A stretch of 63,964 nt of DNA, the filler included, from Welwitschia mirabilis (taxonomy: Eukaryota), in assembly GCA_051453625.1 (NCBI GenBank). It is 4 parts of one record of this genome, joined end to end, with 100 filler letters (N's around TTAATTAATTAA, not from the genome) between each part and the next. Parts side by side here need not be neighbours in the genome. Positions count along the whole stretch, not along the records: positions 23,394 to 51,067 come from JBOZIK010000001.1; 3 more parts are not named here. One strand, given 5' to 3'. The translations under genes were made by a program, and so were the position numbers. Shown here piece by piece: positions 27,427-40,594 of the stretch. Under the pieces are notes generated by a model. That model was not told the DNA's origin and made no database searches. It was given only the letters and a program-made list of their open reading frames with translations. Every line of letters begins with the position of its first letter. The first letter of the stretch is position 1.

Positions 27427-28727
27427 TGAAAGTAAAGGATTGACCTAGAAGGGGGTGAATAGAATTTTTTAAGTTCTATTTGCTTGTTGTTCATAACCTA
27501 TAAAAACAATAAATATAAAGAAATATTAAAAAAAGATATTTAATGATGGATAGACACCATCCTTTATCTTTGTAAACTCCTTGTCCTAACTAGAATATAT
27601 TTGCTTATAAGAATAGTTTTTAGGCTTACCAAATAAGCTTTCACAACCAATAAAGATTTTAAGGCTTATCCTCAACTACAAATGAATGATGAAAAAAAGG
27701 ATGCACTAATACACATATGTATTCTCTAAGGTATAGCAATATTCTTCTCAAGAAAGTAAAATGATGCAAGAACAACATAACTCTAAACTTAAAGATTGTT
27801 TAGATGTGCTAGAAGAAAGTATAATAGTTTGTATTCAATCTTTGATATTACAAGTCAGTGTGTTATCCTCTATTCTCAAGATATAATATGTGACAATTTC
27901 CATAGGAAGAAGTGAACCATTGTGCTTTTTAAGAAACCTTTGAACTTTTTCTAATGAACCATTGTATTTATAATGGTTACATTTCTCCATCATATAGTTG
28001 ACCTTACATAATACTTCAGTCACTTGCATCTGTGGTCACATTTATTCTAATGTTTAGTCGCCCTTGCTTGTCGCAGATTTCTCAGTATAGAATAGGTTCG
28101 GTCGCTCTTATGAAAAGAATCAGTTACCCTTACTTGTTGCATATTTCTTAGTACAGAACAGGTGCAAATTTAGTCACTTTATTAAAATAATCGGTCACTC
28201 TTAACTAGGTCACCTTGGCCATTTTTACCTAGTTAATCTTATGAGAGGAAATTCAGGTTAGAATGTAATCACTCGATATCTTTTTATGTGATTGACTTGA
28301 TGTCACCAGATTCATGTTCTACTAATTGTCATGTGGTCGCCTGTTGAGAAATTATCAGTTGCCCATATTGCTATCAGATATATTCTTACTACATGACATG
28401 TGGTCGCCCATAAAAATCTGATCAGTTTCCCATCCTGCTATCAGGTTGGATTTCACTATGTGTGTTATGATCACTCATAAGAGCCTTATTGATTACACGT
28501 CCTGCTATTAGATTAGATCTAACTAAGTGAAATGTAGTCACCTGTGTATGGATGGCATTCGTCCATGTTTGAACTGGTCTTCTTTATGTTATCTTAGTTT
28601 AGTCACTCGATTCTGAAGCAGTGTTATAGTTCTCAATTACTCGATCGCCCAATGTTGAGAATTACCTATACAAAATACTAACTTATAAAAACTTATTAAA
28701 TTAAGCAATGATAATGGATTCTTAACA
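27427..28727 (-). repeat. Sirevirus 3' LTR
   Basis: Minus strand tgttaag...ctttca, preceded by PPT aaagggaaagtt (28728-28739). Confidence 0.9.
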
Positions 28728-29031
28728 AACTTTCCCTTTGTTATTAATTGAGAAAAAATAATAATTTGACATCAGGGTTCTTCCCCTAACTCATTTAACT
28801 TTGAAAATGATTAAAATTAAATGAGTTTTGTATTAAAAAAATCAAAAGAAATTTGTACAAATGTAATTGTTTTTGTATTACTTAAAAAGTTTATTACATG
28901 CTGAAAGTTACATTTTGGCTAATTTGTATTACAAAAAAGTGACAAAGATGTTACAAATTTTACTCCTTCTTTTTGACAAAAATAAGGACAGGAAGGACAT
29001 AAAAAGAGTGGAAAAAAACAAACAAGAATGA

Positions 29032-30033
29032 CTCAATCGGACTCTGAGGATTTAGAAGACTAAGCACTCTCACTTTAAGAGGTGTCAGCAACTGGAGTAC
29101 CACTTGTAATTAGAGCCTCCTTGATGTGATGAGTCCATGAATTAATCCAATGTAGAAGATGGAGGATTTCTGGGGTCTGAGAGACCTTAACCTTAAATCT
29201 AGAAGGAGCAGTTGATTCCTCAAAGATGTGCATCCTGGATAACGTGGCACAATCGATAGGCCCCATGGGCTTCTGGATATCTTGCCTAATAACATAATGA
29301 ATGTTAAATTAATGACAAATCCAAGTAATGAGGAAAGAATAAGGTAGGAAATGTCATTTATGCAGTTAAAGCTAGTTGACCGTATGTTTGAGCATTATGC
29401 TAGGAGCATCTATGTCTCTTATTCGGTCCAGCACATAAAAAGAAAAGACCCAATAGTTGAAGAGCTCATCTCTGTGCCCGACAATTAAGAGGAAGTTATA
29501 TGACATAATCAGGTGCAGAAGACAAAATCTTGGAAGAAGCTGGAAAGATTTAAGAATCTTCTTTCAAGTCATGTATGTGCCACACATATAGTGAGTGGCT
29601 ACATCCTTCTCTTCGAATGACTCAACCATGAGCCAGTACTCATCCTAGTTTTCTCTTAAAAGGTTAGTGAGGAAAGCTATAAGATCTATAGTAATGCACA
29701 TTTCTTGACATAGACTAAGGTAATGAAGGTAGACTGAGAGGTATCATACTTAGCATTTGAGTAGAATAGCCTAGTGACCAGAGGGTAATAAATGCTAGAA
29801 ACATAAATAAAATAACCCCAGTTAACTTCTTCTAGAAGAGTCTGGACCTCTCTCAGGCTAAGCAATTTCATGGATTCACAAGTTCTTTCTAAAGCAATGG
29901 AACTAATCTCAAAATACTTCTCAAAATATCTCATCTTCTCAATGCTCATCTTGAAGAATACATAACTGGAAGGTTTGACAACAGCTTCCTTTCTTATTTT
30001 CCTAGATCCCTCTCCTAACTAAGAAGAAGCCAT
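29032..30033 (-). pseudogene. Sirevirus env-like accessory ORF (frameshifted)
   Basis: MASS*LGEGSRKIRK...EEVNWGYF...YYPLVTRLFYSNA...LLHLIMSYNFLLIVGHRDEL...IDAPSIML...LPYSFLITWI; lies between RNase H and the PPT. Confidence 0.75.
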
Positions 30034-30599
30034 TTTATGCCTAGATCTAAGAGAAAACATGTGAAAAATGTTAACAAGGATCCCCCAAGAGCTCAAAAAA
30101 ATATAGAATAGGCACCAAAAAAGATAAAAAAAAGACAAAGGGCAGGTGGATTTTAAAAATCCATGGTGCATTGCCTTAAATGAGGGTGATCAATCAAATA
30201 GTCAGTCAACCCATGTAAAATTTTAAAAACCTAATAGTAAGGTAGTAGTTGATCTAAGTAATTGAGCAGTCAATCCTATGAGAAAAAAATTCCATAGTCA
30301 AAATCCAAATAAAACTCAGTCGACCTATAAGATAGAAGAGGTCTACCTAATGTGAATGGAAAAATGCCAAAAGGAGATCAACTAAAATGAATTGTTTGGT
30401 TGACCTAGTTTCTATAGGATTTTACAGGAAAAAATAGGACTAAACTGGTCAATCTAACTTAATATATAGTCAACACAGTAAAAGGAAAATGTAATAGTAT
30501 GAAATCTAAGAAAAACATGATCGCCCTACTTAGGAATAAGGTCGACCGGGATTCAAATATATATGAAAAGTAAAGATTTGAAACCCCCACTAAATTTTA

Positions 30600-33500
30600 T
30601 TATTCAAATAAGGCTAGGTAAGGCAAGTTTTTTTTAGACTGGATACCTAGAAAATAGTGCAGGGTTAAAAATCGATCTAAAGATAAAGGTTTCGTAAAAA
30701 TATCGACCAATTGATCTTCTGTATATACATACTCTAAAGATATTATCTTCTTTTCTACTAATTCATGAATAAAATGGTACCTGATATCGATGTGCTTGGT
30801 GTGAATTGGACTAGGTTATGAGCTATTTGAATTACACTTGAGTTATCATAAAGGATTGGTACTTCTATGATATTTAGTCCATAGTTCTTTAGGGTCTCTT
30901 TCATCTATAAGGTCTGAGTGCAACATGCTCCAGCGGCTATGTACTTAGCTTCAGTGGTAGAAAGAGATATAGACCATTATTTCTTGTTATACCAGGCTGT
31001 GAGACAATTTTCAAAGAAAAAAATCCACCACTTGTGCTGTTGTGATCATCTTTGCATCTAGCCTAATCCACATTACTATATCCTGTTAAGCTTAAAGGAG
31101 TATTACTTGAAACCATAAACCAAAATCTAGAGTACCTTTTACATAGCAAAGTATTCTTTTTGTAGCTATAAGATGTAATTCCTTAGGTTTGTTTTGATAC
31201 CTGACACACAAACCCACACTAAAGGCTATATTAGGATGACTAGCTATTAAGTATAATAGAATTTTAATAATGTTGTAATATATTTTTTGATCCACATCCT
31301 TGCCATATTCATCTAAACAAAGTTTAACATTTGTGGCCATTGGAGAGTTCATACACTTTGCATTTTCCAGTTTGAATTTTTTTATTGAATCTAAAGAGTA
31401 TTTTTTTTATTGGTAAAGATTCCTTATTTGTGTTGCTAAATTTGTAAACCTAAAAACATANNNNNNNNNNNNNNNNNNNNNNNNNNNNNNNNNNNNNNNN
31501 NNNNNNNNNNNNNNNNNNNNNNNNNNNNNNNNNNNNNNNNNNNNNNNNNNNNNNNNNNNNNNNNNNNNNNNNNNNNNNNNNNNNNNNNNNNNNNNNNNNN
31601 NNNNNNNNNNNNNNNNNNNNNNNNNNNNNNNNNNNNNNNNNNNNNNNNNNNNNNNNNNNNNNNNNNNNNNNNNNNNNNNNNNNNNNNNNNNNNNNNNNNN
31701 NNNNNNNNNNNNNNNNNNNNNNNNNNNNNNNNNNNNNNNNNNNNNNNNNNNNNNNNNNNNNNNNNNNNNNNNNNNNNNNNNNNNNNNNNNNNNNNNNNNN
31801 NNNNNNNNNNNNNNNNNNNNNNNNNNNNNNNNNNNNNNNNNNNNNNNNNNNNNNNNNNNNNNNNNNNNNNNNNNNNNNNNNNNNNNNNNNNNNNNNNNNN
31901 NNNNNNNNNNNNNNNNNNNNNNNNNNNNNNNNNNNNNNNNNNNNNNNNNNNNNNNNNNNNNNNNNNNNNNNNNNNNNNNNNNNNNNNNNNNNNNNNNNNN
32001 NNNNNNNNNNNNNNNNNNNNNNNNNNNNNNNNNNNNNNNNNNNNNNNNNNNNNNNNNNNNNNNNNNNNNNNNNNNNNNNNNNNNNNNNNNNNNNNNNNNN
32101 NNNNNNNNNNNNNNNNNNNNNNNNNNNNNNNNNNNNNNNNNNNNNNNNNNNNNNNNNNNNNNNNNNNNNNNNNNNNNNNNNNNNNNNNNNNNNNNNNNNN
32201 NNNNNNNNNNNNNNNNNNNNNNNNNNNNNNNNNNNNNNNNNNNNNNNNNNNNNNNNNNNNNNNNNNNNNNNNNNNNNNNNNNNNNNNNNNNNNNNNNNNN
32301 NNNNNNNNNNNNNNNNNNNNNNNNNNNNNNNNNNNNNNNNNNNNNNNNNCCATTAAGAAATGCACTTTTTACATCCATTTAAAAGACTTTCATCTTCTTG
32401 AAATAGGAAAAAGCTAGAAACATCTTGATTGATTTCAATCTAGCAACTCGAGCAAATGTATCTTCATAATCTACTCCTTCTATTTAGGAATACCCTTGAG
32501 CTACTAATCTAGCTTTATTCTTTATAATTTCATTGTTCTTATTTACTTTATTTCTAAAATTCCACTTTGTTCCTATGATAGTTTTTTCTATTGGTTTTGA
32601 AACAAGTGTCCAAACCTTATTTCTAGTGAATTATTTAAGTTTCTCTTGCATGGCATTGATCCAACTTAAATAAGATTCCACCTCTTCAAAAGATTTAGGT
32701 TTGATTTGAGATAAAAGGAAGACATGAGTATTGAAGTTCTTAAGAGAATGTTTGGTAATGATACCTTACTAAACATTTTCAATAATAGAATCCAAAGGAT
32801 GATCCTTAAGTTTCTTAACTTTTGTAGTTGCTTTATCTCTTGAGTTTTCATCCGTTTGTTTAATAGAGTAAGAGGGAATAGGATCTTCGTTAAGGTTAAT
32901 AAAATTCGGAGAATCTGAGATATCATATATTTTTACATTAATTGATTCTTCTATGTAAAGAGTTCTTTTATTAAAAACTCTATAGGCTCTACTAGATTGA
33001 GAGTATCCTAAAAAGATTCTCTCATCTTCTTTTGCATCAAATTTTGCTAATTCCTCTCTATCTCTCAAGATGAAGAATTACTCCCAAAAGTTTTAAAATA
33101 AGATATATTTGGTTCCTTATCTTTTCAAAGTTTATAAGGATTTTTAGAAGTTCTAGGCCTCAAATAAACTCTATTAGATATATGACACGCCGTGTTCACT
33201 ACTCCAACCCAAAACCATTTTGAAATGTTTTTGTCATTTAACATTACTCTAGCCATATCTAGTAAGGATCGGTTTTTTCTTTTAGCTATTCCATTTTGTT
33301 GATGGGTTTTAGAGGCTAAAAACTCATGGCCAATTCCATTTGAGTTGCAATAAATTTTAAATCTTTCATTCTCAGACTTTTTACCATGATTACTTTGTAT
33401 TTTCTTTATTACATACTCCTTTTCCGTTTGAAGCTTCTTGCAAATTTTAATAAAATTTTCATGGCATTGGATTTTACATGAAGAAACGCTACCCACAATA

Positions 33501-35660
33501 ATCTAAAAAAATTGTCAACCATAACTAGAAAATATATTTTTCCAGATAGACTCACAGTTTGGATAGGCCTAACTAAATCCATATGAATTAAGTTTAAGGG
33601 TTTACTAGTTGTGATATTGCTAACCATTTTATGAGATATTATGGTTTGTTTTCCCTTTTGACAAGCATTACATAAACCTTTATGAGAAAAAGAAATTTTA
33701 GGAAGACCCCTAACTATCTCATCACAACATAATTTTTTCAAAGTGTCAAAACTAATGTAACCTAAATGCTGATGCTAGATAATATCATCTTGAGTATGAG
33801 AAGATAGACATGTAGAGTTATTTGATTGATTTACACAATACACATTTTCATATTTATTTGCTATGAGTAAAGGTTAATCAATTTTTTCATGTTTCATAAT
33901 ATATTTATTTTCATTGAAAAAGACTTCATGGCCCTTATCACAAATTTGACTAATGCTTAACAAATTATGCTTCAATTCATTAATAACTAAAACATTGTGA
34001 ATATTTGGTAAGTTACCTCCACTGATTCTTCCAATTTCTTCAATTTGAGCTCTTCCATTATCCCTAAAAATGACTTCTCCTCCATTATACTCCTTGAAAC
34101 TGGTAAAGTTTGATTTATCACTTGCCATATGTCTCGAGCAATCACTATCTAAATATTAACAAGAATAATTAGTTGCTTTTAAAGCCATTTGGATGAATAG
34201 GCTTTTAGTTATTAACTTCAAGATCCATCTTAGAAATTTATTTCTATTATTACAAGATGAGATTTTTTGGTAAAAGTAAACTTAGATCCAAAAAGGGAGT
34301 GAGGAAATCAAATTTTACTAAAGATACAATCAATTGTAGAATGACCCTTTATGTTGTAATAATAACAGGAAATATTAGCTAAAGAATTCTTAGAATTTTC
34401 CTTAGACAAGGATTTAAAATGAGAGTAGTGGTAAGAATTGAATGAGCTAGGGAATGATTTTCTAGAGGCTTGATCCTTAACTCTATAGGAAGTTGAAACA
34501 AGTCTACTTTTTTGGTCTTTATTTTTTTTTTATCTAATCTTAAGTTTATTTAGAAGGAGCTTATATTCTTTTCTTAGTTGGTTTACTGTATGAGCTAGAT
34601 TTTGACATTTCAAATATAATTCCAATTTAATATCATTAAGTGTATCTTCACTAATAACTGAATCAATGTAATAAGTAGAACATACCTTTTCATCGATGAT
34701 AACCATGAGAGAAATACTATCATGTTTTGAATCTGAGTTTTGTTCACGTTCATTTCTTCATTTTCCCATGTTGTAGACAAGACTTTCTTTTTCTTTCTTT
34801 TGTCATCTTTTCTGTTGTTAGGGAAGACATTTGAAGTATGACCAAAACTTTTTCAAGAATAGCATTGAATTTCATGATGTCCTTCATCTTTTCTTTTTGG
34901 TGATCTCCTAGACTGACCTCCACCTTGTCATCTCTGCATGAAGCATCTGAACCTTCTAGCTAAAAGAGCCACTTCATCATTGCTTTCTAGTTCTAAGTCA
35001 GACCTATTCTTAATTTTATGAACTTCATGTGTGGTAAATAATGCCACACTCTTCTTCTTCTACTTTCCAAATTTTAGCTCAAAAGTGTGAAGGTTCCCTT
35101 GGAATTCATCTAGGTTCATGATGTTTAGGTTCTTGCTTTCCTCTATAGTGGTCACTTTTGATTCGAATCTTTCAGGCAGAAATCTTAAAGCTTTACAAAT
35201 CACTCTTGATTCTTCAATTGTTTCACCTAATCTATGCATAGAATTTATAATATCTGTTAGTTTTACAAAGAAATCATTTATACCTTCATCGTCTTCCATC
35301 TTTAGATCTTCAAACTAGGTGATCAACATTTAAAGATTAGCCTACTTTACCAGATTTATTCCTTCATGAGAGGTCTTCAAGATATTCCATGCTTAGCATA
35401 GAAGATAGCATTTAGACCTTTGAAGTTGAAAGTTGCGACTTGTTTCTCATCTAACGTATATTTGTCCTTGCTTTTTGAAATTACCAACTTGGTAACTAGA
35501 TCCTGCATAGGAGGAGAAAAATACCCATTAATAATAGAATCCAAAATTTCTAGGTCAATGGATTAAAAAAAGACTCTCTTCTTTGCTTCTTAATAATCAT
35601 AATTTGTTCCATCGAAAAAGAAAGATCTTGTAACAGAATTTCCTTTAGTGGGTTGACTCA
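30600..35660 (-). pseudogene. Copia gag-pol polyprotein, disrupted
   Basis: FDGTNYDY, UBN2-like ORF 35060-35299, LDSDCSRHM and LKHNLLSISQICD, CNACQKGKQ, HMDLVRP, QQNGIAKRKNR, MDVKSAFLN, PMATN, STTEAKYIAA, DIFTKPL. Confidence 0.95.
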
Positions 35661-35712
35661 CTTTCTAGGTATGAGAGGAGCAAAGATTTATTAAGATCTA
35701 TTACTCAACCTG

Positions 35713-35724
35713 ACTCTAATACTA
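35713..35724 (-). promoter_or_regulatory. Degenerate tRNA-iMet PBS
   Basis: Minus strand ...ctttca-at-tagtattagagt versus TGGTATCAGAGC. Confidence 0.75.
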
Positions 35725-35726
35725 AT

Positions 35727-37094
35727 TGAAAGTAGAGAATTGACCCTAAAGGGGGGTGAATAGGTCTTTTAAGTTCTATTTCCTTATTGTTCACAACTTG
35801 CAAAAAAAATAAATATAAAGAAATACTAAAATAAAGTATTTAATGGTGGATACACTAACCTTCAGCTTTGTAGACTCTTTGTCCTAGATGCATATATTTA
35901 CTTACAAGAATGGTTTTTAGGCTCACCAAATAACCTTTTATAACTAATGAGGATTTTAAGGCTTTTCCTCAACCATGAATGAATGATGGAAAGAATAATG
36001 CACTAATGCATAGATGTCTTCTCTAAGGTACAACAATCTTCTTCTTAAGAAAGTATAATAATGCAAGTACAATAGAAATCTAAACTTGAATATTATTCAG
36101 ATGTGCTAAAAGAAAGTATAATAGTCCATACTTAATCTTAGATATTACAAATCAATGTGTTATCCTCTATTGAATAGAGAAGAACTTTTATACTGAAGAT
36201 ATAACATGTAACCATTTCCATAGGAAAAAGTGAACCGTTGTGCTTTTTAAGGAACTATTGCACTTTTTCTAATAAACCATTGTATTCATAATGATTAAAT
36301 TTCTATGTCATACTGTTAACCTTACGTAAGACTTCAGTCGCTTGCAACTATGGTTGCCCTTATTCTAATGTTTAGTCACCCTTTCTTTTCATAGATTTCT
36401 CAGTACAGAATAGGTACAAATTCAGTTACCCTTATGAAAAGAATCATTCGCCCTTACTTATTATAGATTTCTTGGTATAGAACAAGTGTAAATTCGGTTG
36501 CCCTTATTAAAATAATTAGTCTCCCTTAACTAGCTCACCCTAGCTATTTTTACTTAGTCAATCTTATGAGAGGAGATTGAGGGTAAAATGCGGTTACCCA
36601 ATATATTTTTATATAGTTGACTTGAAGTTACCAAATTCATGTTCTACTAATTATCATGAGGTCCCCTTTAAGAAATTATTGATCACCCATACTGCTATCA
36701 GATAGATTTTTACTACATGATATACAGTTGTCCATAGGAATTTGGTCAGTTGCCCATTCTTCTATCAGGTTGGATTTTACTGTGTGTGTTGTGGTCGCCC
36801 ATAAGAGCCTTGTCGGTCATTCATCCTACTATCAGATTGGATCTAACTGAGTGAAATGTAGTCACCCATGTATGGATGGTGGTCGCCTATGTTTAAACTG
36901 ATCTTCTTTATGTTATCTTAGTTTGGTCGCCTAATATGTAATGTGCAGTCACCCAATTCTGAAGCACTATTATAGTTCTTAATCAGTCAGTTACCCGATC
37001 TTATATGTTGGTCGCCCAGTAATAGGAATTACTTGTACAAAATACTAACTTATAAAAACTCATTAAATTAATTAATGACAATGGGTTCTTAATA
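35727..37094 (-). repeat. Sirevirus 5' LTR
   Basis: Collinear with 27427-28727 and adjacent to the PBS. Confidence 0.9.
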
Positions 37095-40000
37095 AAAATG
37101 AAGTAAAAGTTATTTTTCTTGATTTTCACTAGCTATACAAACCTGATTGTAACCACTATATCCATCAAAATTGTAATAAAAACCATGTACTTAGATTCTA
37201 TAAAGTATTTAATTAAGAAAAGATAAAGTACAATGATCTTTCTTAATTACTTTATTTAACTTTCTAAAATTAATATGAATTCTTCCCTTTTCGTCTTTCT
37301 TAAATACAACTATCAAATGACTAATTTACTTACTATCAGATATGAAATAAATGATTCTATCATCCATTAATTTAATGATTTTATCTTTTACAACTTTTTT
37401 AAGGGTTGGATCTAGTCTATGTTGGTGTTATCTAATAGCTTTTGCATTATCTTCAAGGTATGTTTTATGTTGAATAATGAAAATAGAAATGGTTGTTAAG
37501 TCTTTATGAGTTTAAAGCAAATGCATTAATCTTAGTATTCAAAAGTGAGATTAAAATTGATTCTTTCTTAGGGAAAAGATTCTCCTTTACTATCATTTGA
37601 ACAACAATGATGAACAAACTTCTTCAAAATATGAAATATTAGTTGTTTTTAAATTTTGGACTTTTTCACATATTGTAATTTCAGTTTCTTCAGTATTTTA
37701 ATCAAAATAGTCTATTTCTAAATGTTTATAGTTGAATTCATCATTATCAAAATATTTTAGTTTTCTACTTCAAGTGGATCATCAATAAGAATAATGTTGG
37801 CTTAATTTCTCCTTCAACATTCAACTCATCACCTAGGTATTTTTGATAGCATTAAAAACTCTAATGGTAAATATTTTATTTCCTAAATGACATTCCATCA
37901 TTTTAGTTCTTATATCAATAATATAATGGTTATTGCACAAATTCTCTACCTATAAACAATAGATAACCTCTATTATGCTCAACTTTAATCATAATCATAT
38001 CTATTGGATAGAATGCTTATTTAATTTGCATCACTAAATATTTCATTATTCTTAAAGGTTTCTTTATTTACATATCTTCTAATTTTAAAATAATACATGT
38101 AGGATTAATTCTACTTTTCAAAACAAGTCATTAACAAATGTGTATAATATTAACACTCACTCCTATATTAATTAAGCATTTTATTATTCTTTAATTTTCT
38201 TTTAATGTGATACTAGTTGTTGTTATGCCTAGATTCTTAAATTTTGGATAGTTTTGCAAGACTAAGTTGGTTATAGATTGGGGGAGGAATACTTTACTAC
38301 TCATGATTTTTTTTTCCTCTCCTTATTAGATCTTTCCACGACTTAAAATATTTAGGATTTTCTTGCAATAGTTTTCAAAATAATAAATTTATGCTTACAT
38401 ATTGCATTAATGCTTTAAGATGATAATTAAAGTTAAAATTGGTATTTAATATATCAAGCTAAGGGGTAGGAGGTTTCTTTCTTTTATATTAAGAAGAGTC
38501 TTTCTTATTAAGATTATCACTTAAAGGAGAAGAAAAAGTATGATTTTCGAAGATTTTAATATCCTCCTCTTTTTATTCATCTTTGTTATCATTTTTAAAA
38601 GTTAAATCCTCATGGGTAGTCTAAGATTTTAATATCCTCCTCTTTTTATTCATCTTTGTTATCATTTTTAAAAGTTAAATCCTCATGGGTAGAAAGTGTA
38701 GTATTATTTTCACTTCTTATCATAATCTTACAATCTTTTCTTACTTTATTAGAATTTGGTAAAAGTTGTATTGTAAGTGATTCTTATGGTTTTTGATTTA
38801 CAAGCATAGTTTATTAAAGAACATCAATAAGATTTTCAATGTTTGAGCTTGTCTTTTCTTGAGATCTTCTTAATTCATCAATGGAATTTCTAAGTGGATC
38901 ATTTTGATTTTGAGAATTTGATGTATTTGATTGATAATTTAAGCTACTTGGTTAGAAATTTGAGTTATTTATTTAAAAGTTAGCATTCTCAAATCTATTT
39001 CTAAATAGTTGGAAATTTGGATGATTTTCTTAAAAGTTCTTGAATTTTTTTCAAAATATTGGAAGTTAGGTTGTCCATTCATCCTAGATCGAAATTGATT
39101 TTTTTTTTTTTTTGATTTTTAAAGTTTAAAGATTTTTGATTGAATGCACACATCTCTTCATAAATTTTCTCTTTATAAGTTAGCAATAAAGGACATTCTT
39201 TAGTTACATGATAGTTGTCTTCACAAAAATCACAAGTTAACATCACACTCTTTGAAATTTTCATTTTCACATATAAAATCATTTGAGTTTATTTTTCTAA
39301 TGTTGTTGTGNNNNNNNNNNNNNNNNNNNNNNNNNNNNNNNNNNNNNNNNNNATTTATACTAGTTCTTCCAACAATCTCCATGCATTTTCTAATGTGACA
39401 TTTATTAAATTTCTATTACATGAATAATCTATAGGTTGTTTAGTTTGATTATTAAGTCTATTGTATAAATATTCTACTAATTCTTCTTGAGTGAAATCAT
39501 TAATGGGATTAGAATAAATTGTAATGAAGAATCATTCATAAGTGAAGGCATAATCTTCATTAGGTTGTTATCAAAAATTTATTACCTCTTTGTTTTTTTT
39601 AATTGTTTTTTCACTCATAAGTCTTTTTATAAAAGATTATTAAACTTGGTTTTATGTTTTTAAGATTTTATATTAAATAGTTATCAACCATAACTTTTCT
39701 TTTCATTTTAACATGATGGGAAAGATAACCATATAAGTATGATTACTAATTCATTTTTTACCATTTTCAGAAGTAAGCACTAATTGTCTGATTTTAGCTA
39801 TATGTTGGAGGGGATCTTTATTATTTTCTCCATTAAAAATAGTACAAGCATTTAAATTTATTTACTCAACATTATCATCACAAGGTAGGTCAAAAGAATC
39901 TTAGATTTCATGTTTCCTATTTGTTATTAGTTCTTTAAGGGTGATATTAGCATTTGAATTTATGGTGGTAGTAGTAGAGGTTCTGATAACAATAGGGGGA

Positions 40001-40175
40001 TTAGGCAAAGAAATCTATTTCTATTTTTATGACAAATTCAAAACTTGAATTATTTTTGTGTACCTGGGGTGTGCATATCTAGGTTAAGTTCATAGTTAAC
40101 CAAACCTTCATAGTTTTTTTCTTCAATCAACAACCACTCTTTCTAATATTTCATATTTTTAGTAGAATTTACTGT
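37095..40175 (-). pseudogene. Athila gag, protease and RT N-terminal half (copy B)
   Basis: Gag DPLQHIAKIRQLVLT and CDFCEDNYHVTKECPLL; protease region ~38100-38240; RT FDGYSGYNQVCIASENQEKITFTS. Confidence 0.85.
38550..38692. repeat. Perfect 70-bp tandem duplication with 3-bp spacer
   Basis: 38550-38619 is identical to 38623-38692. Confidence 0.95.
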
Positions 40176-40573
40176 ATCATAATATGCTTGCTTTTATTCT
40201 ATATATGTCATCTCAGTTATCATCTAAATAATGTACTTAAACAACAGCAGATACAAAAAACTAAAAACTAAAAATAAAATCATGAGATAAAATAGAATGA
40301 AAATAGACTCTCATCTATTAAGTTATATAGATGATAGAGGGGATTGTAAGAAAATCCTAATTCTTAAGAAAATGAAAAAAACCTAAGTATCATAAGCCAT
40401 CATCATTGCACATCATCTAATGATGAAGGTAATGGTAAAATGTAAAATGAAAGCTATGAAAAGAAAAACATATGTTTATACTATAAGAATACAATGCTAC
40501 TACAGATAAATACTTGAACTAAAATCCAAAGCACTTATCTAAGCAATAATAATCCTCAAACTTTAAACAGCCT

Positions 40574-40592
40574 TCCTTGGCAATGGTGCCAA
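40574..40592 (-). promoter_or_regulatory. tRNA-Asp-type PBS
   Basis: Minus strand ttggcaccattgccaagga versus Athila TTGGCGCCGTTGCCGGGGA. Confidence 0.8.
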
Positions 40593-40594
40593 GA

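Larger units (their letters stand above)
27427..37094 (-). mobile_element. Complete but decayed Sirevirus (SIRE/Maximus)-like Ty1/copia element with env-like ORF
   Basis: Two LTRs, exact 5-bp TSD AAAAT (27422-27426 and 37095-37099), Met PBS, gag-PR-IN-RT-RH order, extra ORF after RNase H, several purine tracts, ATTCACCCCCC motif near the LTR 3' end. Confidence 0.92.

Noticed and set aside
31407..32378. Long ORFs of 200-320 aa here and at 51848-52572, 53601-54302 and 62800-63630
   Set aside because: They are long only because they run through N gaps
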